DNA of 63,634 nucleotides, filler included, from Welwitschia mirabilis (taxonomy: Eukaryota), in the NCBI GenBank assembly GCA_051453625.1. It is 5 parts of one record of this genome, joined end to end, with 100 filler letters (N's around TTAATTAATTAA, not from the genome) between each part and the next. Parts side by side here need not be neighbours in the genome. Positions count along the whole stretch, not along the records: positions 29,114 to 42,477 come from JBOZIK010000001.1; positions 42,578 to 49,552 come from JBOZIK010000001.1; positions 49,653 to 63,634 come from JBOZIK010000001.1; 2 more parts are not named here. One strand, 5' to 3'. The notes beneath the pieces are model-generated. The model did not search any database. It was not told where the DNA came from and saw only the letters and a list, made by a program, of their open reading frames with translations. A program made the translations under genes and the position numbers. The first letter of the stretch is position 1. Each line of letters starts with the position of its first letter. Of this stretch, positions 37,701 through 49,997 are shown one piece after another.

Positions 37701-40700
37701 GCTCTTATATCTCTTGATAATATTTTTGATGAATCTAATCATTTAGAGAATGAAAGTAATCTTCAATAAGAGAAGGAAGATANNNNNNNNNNNNNNNNNN
37801 NNNNNNNNNNNNNNNNNNNNNNNNNNNNNNNNNNNNNNNNNNNNNNNNNNNNNNNNNNNNNNNNNNNNNNNNNNNNNNNNNNACTATTTGAAAACTTACA
37901 ACAAAACTTGTTACATATTTAAGGATCTTTTATAATACAACATCCTTAAAACTATTTTACTTCATCTTACCTTGATGAAAATAAAGAAAGCTTAAAAACC
38001 ACTGATGATGATGGTTCTTACTTTTAACTTAAAGATGAAATTATGAATTAAACTTTAACATTCTACTCATTAGGAGATAAGAAAAAGGGAGACAATAGTA
38101 ATACAACTCAATATTTCAACAATTGAAATGAAGATGACTGTTCATTAGATGACGATATTGAGATATTAGATTATATTCCTTTCATTTATTTATTGTTAGT
38201 TAATTAAGATGAGAAATCAATTTATGAGAAAAATAAAAACCTTTCATTCAATAATTAAGAAAATGCTCTTATATCTCTTGATAATATTTTTGATGAATCT
38301 AATCATTTAGAGAATGAAAGTAATCTTCAATAAGAGAAGGAAGATATAGTCATAACTAATGATGATGAAAGTAAAATACAACCACATAATGATATGGATA
38401 CTAGTGAAAAAATTGAAAATAATGAAGGACCCATAGATATTCATTCCAACTTTATAGAGAATAAACTTATTCATTCTACCCATATTTCTACATTCTTCCT
38501 ATCTATGCCTTAATGTTCAATTCCAAGTTACATCCTTCGCTCCACTTCTCCTTCTACTTCTATTTCCACCTTCACATTACTTGATAACCTTGATAATAAT
38601 AACCTTTCTCCATCTCTTTCAATTATACCTTTATATAATTCTTAGGGTCATGTTTCTTTTCTTAAATCTCATAACACTCATTCTTAATCTCTTTCTTTTA
38701 AACATTCATGTGATCCTCAATCTAACATTCATTCTATTTCTACCATGTCCATTATACCTTGTGCTTTTAATAGTTATTTTTTTCAAAAGTTTAACTTGCA
38801 ATATCTTAGAATTTTACATTAGGAAAAGCTTATCTTCTTGATGATAATCCATGCTTTCATTTGAATCTTAAGNNNNNNNNNNNNNNNNNNNNNNNNNNNN
38901 NNNNNNNNNNNNNNNNNNNNNNNNNNNNNNNNNNNNNNNNNNNNNNNNNNNNNNNNNNNNNNNNNNNNNNNNNNNNNNNNNNNNNNNNNNNNNNNNNNNN
39001 NNNNNNNNNNNNNNNNNNNNNNNNNNNNNNNNNNNNNNNNNNNNNNNNNNNNNNNNNNNNNNNNNNNNNNNNNNNNNNNNNNNNNNNNNNNNNNNNNNNN
39101 NNNNNNNNNNNNNNNNNNNNNNNNNNNNNNNNNNNNNNNNNNNNNNNNNNNNNNNNNNNNNNNNNNNNNNNNNNNNNNNNNNNNNNNNNNNNNNNNNNNN
39201 NNNNNNNNNNNNNNNNNNNNNNNNNNNNNNNNNNNNNNNNNNNNNNNNNNNNNNNNNNNNNNNNNNNNNNNNNNNNNNNNNNNNNNNNNNNNNNNNNNNN
39301 NNNNNNNNNNNNNNNNNNNNNNNNNNNNNNNNNNNNNNNNNNNNNNNNNNNNNNNNNNNNNNNNNNNNNNNNNNNNNNNNNNNNNNNNNNNNNNNNNNNN
39401 NNNNNNNNNNNNNNNNNNNNNNNNNNNNNNNNNNNNNNNNNNNNNNNNNNNNNNNNNNNNNNNNNNNNNNNNNNNNNNNNNNNNNNNNNNNNNNNNNNNN
39501 NNNNNNNNNNNNNNNNNNNNNNNNNNNNNNNNNNNNNNNNNNNNNNNNNNNNNNNNNNNNNNNNNNNNNNNNNNNNNNNNNNNNNNNNNNNNNNNNNNNN
39601 NNNNNNNNNNNNNNNNNNNNNNNNNNNNNNNNNNNNNNNNNNNNNNNNNNNNNNNNNNNNNNNNNNNNNNNNNNNNNNNNNNNNNNNNNNNNNNNNNNNN
39701 NNNNNNNNNNNNNNNNNNNNNNNNNNNNNNNNNNNNNNNNNNNNNNNNNNNNNNNNNNNNNNNNNNNNNNNNNNNNNNNNNNGATTTCTTTGGTAAATGT
39801 CATGCTATCACTTAAACATCTTTAACTTGACTAATGTTTTACTTTATAAAGTTATTATGATTAGTAAATATTTTACTTTGGAATTTTTAATGATAAGATA
39901 AACTTCACCTAGTATTCAGACATTCATATGTTTATGAACTTCATTTTGAAGGAACATGTCTTGATTCTTTTATTTTCTTAAATGGTGTGAGTAATCAGTT
40001 GTTTTAGCATGTTCTTCCTTTTTATTTATCTCTTGACTTTACGTTTATCCTTATGAGTATTTAGCCATGTGGAATTTATGTATAAAAAATGAAAAGAAAA
40101 GAAAAGAAGGGAAAAAATAAGAAGAAAAAAGAAAAGAAAGAAAGAAATAATTTAGGCCATGCCCTTTCATTTTCTATCTTATACCATGGCCCTAATGATA
40201 TCCTACCATAAGCACACCGGGGAAAATATTTCCAAGAGGGCCTCTGGCAGTGTGATATGATAGCTATGGAAACTCCAATGAGGGGTTAGTTGGCCATGCT
40301 GTATGGGTCCTTACTTCTCTAACAGTGATTGCACTCCCCTCATCATGGTAAGAATAAACTTGCAGTTAGAGAATATGAGATTAGTGATGTCCCTGGTATC
40401 ATCAGAGGCATTGCTTATTTTCTAGAATCATTTTTATTTATTAGTAGTACCTCCACATGATCACTTTACTTTTCTGGATTCTAGTGTTGTTGTAAAATAA
40501 TAGCATGTAAGTTCTTGTTTTAACATCTTTTTATCTTATCATTTATTATTTGATAACATTAGACATACTTGAGATCATCATAATCATTACCCATTCGAGT
40601 GGAACTTTGTGAATTTTTATATTATGTCATAAATTTATATCAGATGATTTTATGATTTCTTCTAAGGGACTTTACTAAGGATTAATTTTAAGTAGTTAAG

Positions 40701-42477
40701 TAAATCTTCTTCATGTTATTAGTTGTTCATTTTTTATTATGTTTATNNNNNNNNNNNNNNNNNNNNNNNNNNNNNNNNNNNNNNNNNNNNNNNNNNNNNN
40801 NNNNNNNNNNNNNNNNNNNNNNNNNNNNNNNNNNNNNNNNNNNNNNNNNNNNNNNNNNNNNNNNNNNNNNNNNNNNNNNNNNNNNNNNNNNNNNNNNNNN
40901 NNNNNNNNNNNNNNNNNNNNNNNNNNNNNNNNNNNNNNNNNNNNNNNNNNNNNNNNNNNNNNNNNNNNNNNNNNNNNNNNNNNNNNNNNNNNNNNNNNNN
41001 NNNNNNNNNNNNNNNNNNNNNNNNNNNNNNNNNNNNNNNNNNNNNNNNNNNNNNNNNNNNNNNNNNNNNNNNNNNNNNNNNNNNNNNNNNNNNNNNNNNN
41101 NNNNNNNNNNNNNNNNNNNNNNNNNNNNNNNNNNNNNNNNNNNNNNNNNNNNNNNNNNNNNNNNNNNNNNNNNNNNNNNNNNNNNNNNNNNNNNNNNNNN
41201 NNNNNNNNNNNNNNNNNNNNNNNNNNNNNNNNNNNNNNNNNNNNNNNNNNNNNNNNNNNNNNNNNNNNNNNNNNNNNNNNNNNNNNNNNNNNNNNNNNNN
41301 NNNNNNNNNNNNNNNNNNNNNNNNNNNNNNNNNNNNNNNNNNNNNNNNNNNNNNNNNNNNNNNNNNNNNNNNNNNNNNNNNNNNNNNNNNNNNNNNNNNN
41401 NNNNNNNNNNNNNNNNNNNNNNNNNNNNNNNNNNNNNNNNNNNNNNNNNNNNNNNNNNNNNNNNNNNNNNNNNNNNNNNNNNNNNNNNNNNNNNNNNNNN
41501 NNNNNNNNNNNNNNNNNNNNNNNNNNNNNNNNNNNNNNNNNNNNNNNNNNNNNNNNNNNNNNNNNNNNNNNNNNNNNNNNNNNNNNNNNNNNNNNNNNNN
41601 NNNNNNNNNNNNNNNNNNNNNNNNNNNNNNNNNNNNNAACATCTTTTTATCTTATCATTTATTATTTGATAACATTAGACATACTTGAGATCATCATAAT
41701 CATTATCCATTCGAGTGGAACTTTGTGAATTTTTATATTATGTCATAAATTTATATCAGGTGATTTTATGATTTCTTCTAAGGGACTTTACTAAGGATTA
41801 ATTTTGAGTAGTTAAGTAAATCTTCTTCATGTTATTAGTTATTCATTTTTTATTATGTTTATCCTTAGTTGTTTTGTTTGGAATTTTCAAAATTATTATA
41901 GTACCTTTTTCTACACTATAATTAGAAACTGATCATTTGGTAGCCCTCTAGTTGTCTTTTTATTTTTACTCATAGGTTTTATTTATAAGGGNNNNNNNNN
42001 NNNNNNNNNNNNNNNNNNNNNNNNNNNNNNNNNNNNNNNNNNNNNNNNNNNNNNNNNNNNNNNNNNNNNNNNNNNNNNNNNNNNNNNNNNNNNNNNNNNN
42101 NNNNNNNNNNNNNNNNNNNNNNNNNNNNNNNNNNNNNNNNNNNNNNNNNNNNNNNNNNNNNNNNNNNNNNNNNNNNNNNNNNNNNNNNNNNNNNNNNNNN
42201 NNNNNNNTTCTTCATGATTCTATTTTTTAGTATAAATTCTTCCCATTTTTCTTACTTCTATTTCTTTGTTGCTTTTCTAATACTTGCTTCATGTCAAATT
42301 TTTTCAAATTTTTTTTCTAATCAGTCTAAACAACTTATTTTATAAACTGTTGTCTCACATTTATTGTCCTCATGATAGAGGGGATGACAGTCATCCTTTT
42401 TTCTTTATGTAATCTAAGATGTCTTATTTTTCCTGTGGGGGGGTGGGATGGGGTGTTGGGGGCCAAGGTGAGGGGAG
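34759..42477 (+). mobile_element. Athila-like element, apparently lacking pol (non-autonomous or internally deleted)
   Basis: LTR start tgttgaaataccaattt at 34759 is homologous to the minus-strand LTR starts at 47034 and 48565. Repeated GTCGTCC/GGACGAC hairpin motifs; decayed low-complexity ORF region 37000-38870; 3' block shared with 29155-29385. Large gaps could hide pol. Confidence 0.55.
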
Positions 42478-42577
42478 NNNNNNNNNNNNNNNNNNNNNNN
42501 NNNNNNNNNNNNNNNNNNNNNTTAATTAATTAANNNNNNNNNNNNNNNNNNNNNNNNNNNNNNNNNNNNNNNNNNNN
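42478..42577. other. artificial scaffold spacer
   Basis: 44 N + TTAATTAATTAA + 44 N. Confidence 0.97.
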
Positions 42578-45500
42578 GCAAATTGTATTTAAATTCTAAA
42601 ATCTAGTTCACACTTTTATTAAAAATAAAGAAAGAAGAAGGGATCTATTTAGATGATCTCAAGATGTTACATTTATTTCAAGAAACAAGGTCCAAATTAG
42701 AAGTTCAACAATTCATAAATCATAAAAGGTATATAATTATTTTCAAGTGAAATAAATTGGAAGAAGAGAGGGATAAAATACAAAAATCTACATGACCTCA
42801 TGAAAGAATGAATTTTGGAAGTTAAAGGGAAGATGAATGTTAACTCTTATGAAAGATTTTCTTTGATTATACTAGTTTTATTGTCATTACAAAGAAAAAT
42901 ATGTTCAAATCTATTAGAAAGATTTTTAAGATACAAACTAAAATTATAACTTTCAATTTTTGAGTTATGTAGTGGAAATCTCCCTTAAGCTGTAAGTTTT
43001 TATCAAATGGTTGGAATTCCTTGCAATCTAAGGGTTTCATTTCTTTTTCATTTTCAAAGTTAAATGTATTAATGGTTTTTTCATTCTTAATCTCAAGTGG
43101 GTCATCATAAAGCATGGGCTCATGTAATTTCATCTCTCTTTCTTCAAGTGAATGATGTTGCAAGAATAAGATTGGTTTGATGTTATCTTCTAAATTTATT
43201 TTATCATCATTTTTAGCTGCATCAAAGACTCTAATTATAAATGTTTTATTTTTAAAGTACACTTCATTGTTCTAGCTCTTGTATCAATGATACAGTGGCC
43301 TATTGCATAAAAGTCTCATCCTAGAAGTAAAGGATATCCCCTATCATGTTTGACTTTTATGATAATTATTTCTATTGGGTACCAAGCCTCTTCAGTTTAG
43401 ATTCTTAAATCTTTGATAACCCTTAAGGGTTTTTTAACTATAATGCATACTAATTCTAAGAGAATTTAAGTAGCTTCTAATTTACCCTTTAACTGCATCT
43501 CTTAAAAATATGTAGTGACATTATCTTAATACTAGCTCCAATGTTAATTAAGGGTTTTCTAATACTTTTGTTTCCATCTAAAATTAAATTCAATGTTATT
43601 TCTTCTATATATTTAAAATTTTGGTGATCTTTTTAGCACTAAATTTTAGAGGGATTGAGCTAAAAAGACACTATTAAAAATGACTTGTTTTTGTCTTGTT
43701 CTTGTTAAGTTCTTCCATAGTTTGTCTACACTGATTTTTGTTGTAATAATATTTAAAGGGGTAAATTTATACTCATATTTTTCATCAAGATTTTTAGAAG
43801 ATCATTGAAAGTTAAATTGTTGTTAAGCCTATTAAGCTAAGGGCTAGTTGATTATTATTATGAAGAATTTTTCTTTTTCATTTTACTAAGAGAAGGGAAA
43901 TTATAATCTTCTAATATTTCAATTTCTTCCTCTTCTTCATCACCTCTAAAGTTATTTTAAGAGGTAAAAGGTTCATATAAAGGATGGTTTGTTTCTTAAT
44001 CACTATGTATCACAAACTTATAGTCTTTTCTCATTTCATTGGGATTTGATAAAGGTTGTATTGACAAAGACCCTTGTGGTCTTTGATTTGCTAACATAGT
44101 TTGTTGAAAGAAATTAACTAAATTTTCAATGTTAGAATTTTGATTTTTTAAGATGGTATGTATCTTTTATTATGATCTTTTTAATTTATCCATAAGGTTT
44201 ATGACTAGATTATTTAGATGTTCAAAGTTGGATGAACTTGATTAGAAGTTTGAATTTTCAAATTAGTTTCTAAAAGGTTAAGAGTTATTTTGAAAATGAG
44301 TATTCAACCTAGGTTGTGCCTAATTTTTATTTCAGAAGTGATATGTTTGATTGAAAATACAAACTTTTTCACATATTCTTTCTTTGTATATTGGTAATAA
44401 AGGATAGTTTTTAGTAATGTGATAATTATCATCACATAAGTCACAAGTTGGTACAACATTCTTCTTGGTTGCTGATTTAGTAGCTAAAATTATTTTAGTA
44501 CACTTCTCTAAGATTATTATGAAATTTTAAATCATATTTGTAGGGTTGTAATCCACTATTTTTATTTTACTTCATTTAAATTTTTTATAATTTGGCATAT
44601 AGTGTGGTTTTCTTTTGATGTTGGCCAAGTTTAACTAACCTACAAAAGTTCCTCTAATTTTTTCCAATTATCTTCTAATGTGAGATTCATAAAGTTTCCA
44701 CCATAAGAGAAATCTACAAGTTATTTTGTATGAGGATTTAAACCACTATAAAGCTATCTTATTAGTTCTTCTCTTAAGAAAGCAACTACTAGATTAGAGT
44801 GGGTTGCTACAAAGAAACATTCATATGTATTAGCATAATCTTCATTTTGTTTTTTCTGAAAGTTTGTTACTTCATTTTCCTTTGTTTTATAATTTCTTCA
44901 ATCATGAATCTTTTTATGAAGTTTTCCTAGATTTTATCCCAAGTTTTTTATCTTTTATCAAGTATGATTTTTAGTCAATTTTTAACCCTACATTTTAATG
45001 TCATAGAAAAGATTACCATGTACATTCTATTACTAATTTTTTAATTCTTATTTTTTAAGGTGAGGATTAATTGTTCAATATCTACAATATGTCAAAGGTG
45101 ATCCTCATCATCTTCTCCACTAAATGTTGGATAGACATGAAGGTTTTTTAGTTCAACATCATCTCTTAGGGGTAGGTCTAAAGGGTTTGAATTTTATATT
45201 TCTTGTTAGCTAGTAATTCCCTCAGGATCAAGTTTCCTTTATGACTAGGACTAGAAAACCCTACAACTTGCTCTTGTTTTTTTAGATAGTGCTTGACATT
45301 TTAAACTGATTTTATCCCTCTAAATTTTTTTCTATGGGATATGATTTAGAAAAAATAAACTTAGACGGAATATTATACATACCTAAATATTGTTTTTATA
45401 ATTTATTTTTGATATCTACCTATCCTTCTGTAATTTTCTTTTCTATCAACAATATTTCTCTTTGATATCTATTCTTAGAGCATCCTATAAAGATAAAACA

Positions 45501-47034
45501 ACAGAAAACAAACAAAAAATAAGACTATCATCCTATCTAACATGGAAATGATAGAATGAATAAAGAATAGAAAAATAAGAAAACAGAAATAGAGAAAAAA
45601 GCTAAAAACTAAAAATAAACACTGTTTATCGTCCATCTGGTCATCTAGATGATAAATAAGATGACAGAATTTATTATAGAAAACTAAAATATAAAAATAG
45701 AAATAAAAAATAAAAGCTAAAATTGTAGACTATTATTCTATATGTTATGGAAATGATAGAGGGGACAATCGCTATTTTACAATTAAGAACAAAAACTGAT
45801 AAACCACAAACCTAAAAACTATAGTTTCTAAATAAAAGACTGCATCATTACAGATAAATAACCTAGTAGAAATTTGATATACTCATCTAAATAATGATAA
45901 CCCTTGTAGTCCTTAGTAGAGTTTCTTAATAACAGTGCTAATTTATTATAGTATGTATTTGTGCAAGCATTTTATATTAAAATGGATTCTACATTTATAA
46001 GATAGAATAGATTTCTCACACAATACAACACACTAGTATGAGTAAGAATTAACCCTAATGTCTTATTCTCATTAAAAACTATGAGATGAGACTTTGATTT
46101 ATTTTTACAAGTAAATGAAGTAGTAAAAACTAAAGAATAATGCAGAAAATAAAAGATTCAATGTAAATGTAGAATGAAATCTAATCTAAATGCAATGTAA
46201 AATGAAACTACACTACTTTCCTTAGCCTTAACAAAGTCTATTCTTAATGATCTATATCACCCAAGAAATTGTCACCAGATCAAGGGCAATATATAACATA
46301 AGGGATATTAGATAATCTAATATGAAATAAAGAAAATAAAGTTTACATTAAAGAGGTAAAAAAGCATCTAAGTTATAAAATAGTCAAGTCTCAATGGAAG
46401 ATACATAGCCCTCAACCAAGGGAAATATCTTTCTGTAACTCTCTAGATGGATATCCTATCCTTCGATCTCCTATCATGATAATTTATAGTGTAATGAAGA
46501 TAGAAAAAACATTTGAACGAGAACTTATTTATAGGGAAACATAGCAAAAAATGACAAATATAAGACACTCCTACAACTTTCTCTTTTATAAATAAGAAAT
46601 AGATGAAATAGTTAATGGTTGGCCATCAAAGTCAGTTACAAGGTTAGTGTTATCTTGATTGTTTTCCAAACGATGATGGAGATGATATCTACTTATAAAC
46701 AATTACATAGTAGGTGACTTAGCAGATAACTTAGTAGTCCATGTTAGCATTTAATGGTGTCATCATCCTATCTATTGTGGGGAGGATAGAGGATATGATG
46801 GTTTTCTTTATCATCCAAGTCAACAGGTGATAATCTTTTCTATTAGAAATCTTCTTCCACATCCATGAGTATCAAAATGTATTATAAATGCTTTAAATCA
46901 TGCTAAGAAGTTCATATTTCCAAGATCTTTTATTATTTCTCCAAAATCTTTAGAATTACATTTAAACCTGTGTAAATATCCTACAAAATAGCTCATAAAA
47001 CTCCATTACATAACCAAAAATTGGTGGCACAATA
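42578..47034 (-). mobile_element. Athila-like gypsy 5' half (LTR ~47034-45945, PBS, gag, protease)
   Basis: Decayed PBS (reverse complement aaattagcactgttattaagaa, ~45944-45923). gag YPTFSGEDDEDH and YSGLNPHTK*LVDFSYGGNFMNLT; CDLCDDNYHIT knuckle relic; protease INIGASIKIMS (DLGASINLMP). Confidence 0.85.
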
Positions 47035-48338
47035 ATGATGTTCTTAAGAAAAAAGTTAACTATGGTTTGAGAAGAATAGTTCATTATTACCTCAGCCTTG
47101 ATCCATTTAGTGAATCAGTCAACACAGACTAAAATATATTACTTTCTAAAAGATGAAGGATTGATAGGTCCAATAAAATCTATTCCCTAAATATCAAAAG
47201 GTTCGATCATCTAAATCTATTATTATGACATTTCTAACTTTTGCTAAATGTGCCTTCTCTTTGACATTTATCACAACTTTGAACATAGTTGTTTGCATTC
47301 TTAAATATGATGGGCTAATATTAATCCATATAGAGAATTTTCATTCCTATTATCCTTGCACCATAATGTCTTCCTTCTTCTCCCTTATGAAATTCCCTTA
47401 AACTTTCATTTTATAAGTTTTTCTTTATGCATCTTCTATTGATGTGGTCCTTGAATTCTCTAGATAACATCTTATTATGCCAGATATAATCATTAAACTT
47501 CATTAACAATCTTTTTCTTTTATAATAAGTCATAAAAGAGAGTAATATTTTACTTATAAGAAAATTGAGAATGTCAACATATCACAGATTTATGGTTATT
47601 TGAAAAATGTGCTCATTGGAAAACTCATCTCTTATATTGATCTTCTCTTCATTTGGAAACTCTAACCTTGCTAAGTAATTTGCTACCACATTCTTTGTTC
47701 CTTTTTTATCAATTATTTTTAAATAAAACTCTTACATTAATAATATCCATCCTATAATTCTCAAGATTACTTCTTTTTTATTCATTAAAAATCTAAGGGC
47801 ACAATGGTTAGTACGAAATTTTACTTCGTAATCTAGAATATAATATCTAAATGTTTCTAATGCTATTATTAGTAATAGTAATTCTTTCTCTATTATCATA
47901 TAATTTTTCTAGCCTAGTTTGAAATTCTTACTAATGTAAGTAATGGCATAGGATTTATTTTCTTCATATTTCTATCCTAAAACTACTTCCATAGCATGTT
48001 TAGATGCATTTGTCATAACGTGGAATAGTCTTATTCAATTTAACCCTTATAGGATAGGTGCTAATAAAATTTTATCTTTTAAAGTTTGATAGACATTTTA
48101 ACATTTCTTAATCCAGTCATATTCCACATCCTTTTATAGAAGATTACTCAAAAATTTAGTGATTTTGCTAAAATTCAATATAAATCTTCTATAATATCTA
48201 ACATGTCCTATAAAAGATTTTAACTCTTTGAGTTTAATTAAAGATGGAATATCTTTTATTGCTTTAATTTTTTATTCATTAGTTTCAATCTCCTTTCTAG
48301 ATATTTTATGTCTTAACACTATGCCTGCTGTCACCATA
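47035..48338 (-). pseudogene. Ty3/gypsy (Athila-like) pol fragment: RT end, RNase H, integrase start; abuts the LTR at 47034
   Basis: GIVLRHKIS, LKSFIGHVRYYRRFILNFSKI, VMTNASKHAMEVVLG, TNHCALRFL, DKKGTKNVVANYLARL. Confidence 0.9.
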
Positions 48339-48439
48339 ANNNNNNNNNNNNNNNNNNNNNNNNNNNNNNNNNNNNNNNNNNNNNNNNNNNNNNNNNNNNN
48401 NNNNNNNNNNNNNNNNNNNNNNNNNNNNNNNNNNNNNNN

Positions 48440-49552
48440 ATTACACATTTTCAAGATATTTTATCAATTATCCAAAATCCTTGGAATTACACCTAAACTT
48501 GTGAAAATGTCTTGCAAAATAGCCCATAAAATCCCATCAAACAACCACAAACTAGTAGTATAACAATAAATTATATCAACTAAGAAGACCTTTACTACTT
48601 ATTCCTAGCCAACATAAACTATAAGAATTGCTAAATAGAATATGGATTATGCAATATAGAATTGAAGTAAAATAGCAATGAAAATCTAAACTAATAAAGT
48701 CAACCTTAACAGAGGTTGTCATTATGAATTAGAAATATTATAGAATTAGCACTAAACTATAATTAACTTAAACCATAAGGGACATAAATATAATTGTAGT
48801 AAAAGAAGTAATTAGATTTTAATTATAAGACTTTTACATCCACTTATAATAAAGTGGCAACACATCTATGGAGGATACTCAGCATAATACCAAGGTAAAT
48901 GTCTCCCTATAGCTACTAGATGGACTTCTTATCCTTTAATCTTTTATCACAAGAATATCAAATACAAAAGATGGAAAAGAAAGTGAAGAAAAGGAATGAT
49001 ATTTGTAGTTTTATATTGAAGTTCTAGGAGATCAATCCTATAACGTTAGTATATGATTTCAATGATGTTAAACAGTATGAGATTCGAGCAAAAGAATGTT
49101 TATTATTTGTTATAGTCTAGCTAAGAATCCAACCTTTGCATGAAAATGTTCCCACTCAAAACAAGGTGAACGTTCCCACTTCTTATAGGTAAATTGTATT
49201 TGTAATAGATCTCAAGCTTGAATGTTCCCACTCAAATAGGATGGACATCCCCTCCTCTGATAGGAANNNNNNNNNNGTTTGCACCTGTGGCAAGTGTAGA
49301 TGTTCATCCTTTTAAAGGATAGACATCCTCACTCTCTTAGTAGTGCAAACATCCATAATACTTGAGGGTGTACACCCACTCCTTGGGAGTAAGAATGTCT
49401 CCAATTCTTAAGGCAGGTGCCCCTCCTTTAAGCTATTGAAAAAATGGTCTCCCTTATATAAAAGCATGATGATTTTCAATGGCTATTCTCTCCTAGAGTG
49501 TCTTTTAATTATATTAAAAATATGAATTTTATTGGAATATTAGATTGACATG
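48440..49552 (-). repeat. nested Athila-like LTR pieces: an LTR start (48565-48440) next to a related LTR (48566-49552)
   Basis: 48440-48565 matches 46905-47034 and begins TGTTA on the minus strand. 48845-48955 resembles 46385-46480. Tandem (a)acgttcccact-like motifs at 49145-49410. Confidence 0.6.
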
Positions 49553-49652
49553 NNNNNNNNNNNNNNNNNNNNNNNNNNNNNNNNNNNNNNNNNNNNTTAA
49601 TTAATTAANNNNNNNNNNNNNNNNNNNNNNNNNNNNNNNNNNNNNNNNNNNN
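49553..49652. other. artificial scaffold spacer
   Basis: 44 N + TTAATTAATTAA + 44 N. Confidence 0.97.
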
Positions 49653-49914
49653 AATCTAATCATAAGAGGTATGATTTGAAGTCAAATAATTTAAATTTTT
49701 TATATATTTGATGTTTCTATTATAGAGACCTAGGACATGTCAGATTTTCTTATTCCATCACAAAGGCAAATTTCTTTCATTATATAAGTGATAGTTTTTT
49801 ATGGAAACCTAAAGTAATAAACAACTAAATTATCACTAAGTTAAGATAAACTAAAAACAAATATGTCAAAGGATTACTTGTTCAAACTACTCTTAAAGTA
49901 AGGGAGCATCCTAG

Positions 49915-49997
49915 TGTTAGATTAGGTTTTGTTAATTGATGCAAAACTAATGTTTTCTGTATAGCAAATTTTGTGTATCTTATGCATAAGACATTAA
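49915..49997 (+). repeat. first ~80 bp of a Sirevirus-type LTR, split by the chromovirus insertion
   Basis: tgttag..ttgatgcaaaactaatgttttctgtatagcaaa..attaa resembles 20739-20825 and continues at 62970. Confidence 0.8.

Noticed and set aside
37414-38346. Near-identical duplications flanking gaps (also 1801/2026, 7857/8064, 18864/19316, 20139/20548, 33665/33856, 40521/41638, 50848/50985, 53926/54928, 61545/61784)
   Set aside because: Each abuts an N gap and differs by only a few bases: unmerged contig overlaps or haplotypes rather than real tandem duplications.
38581-38841. Hydrophobic short ORFs (also 2535-2735, 11262-11495, 58744-58935)
   Set aside because: Expected by chance in T-rich TE-derived DNA; no family motifs.
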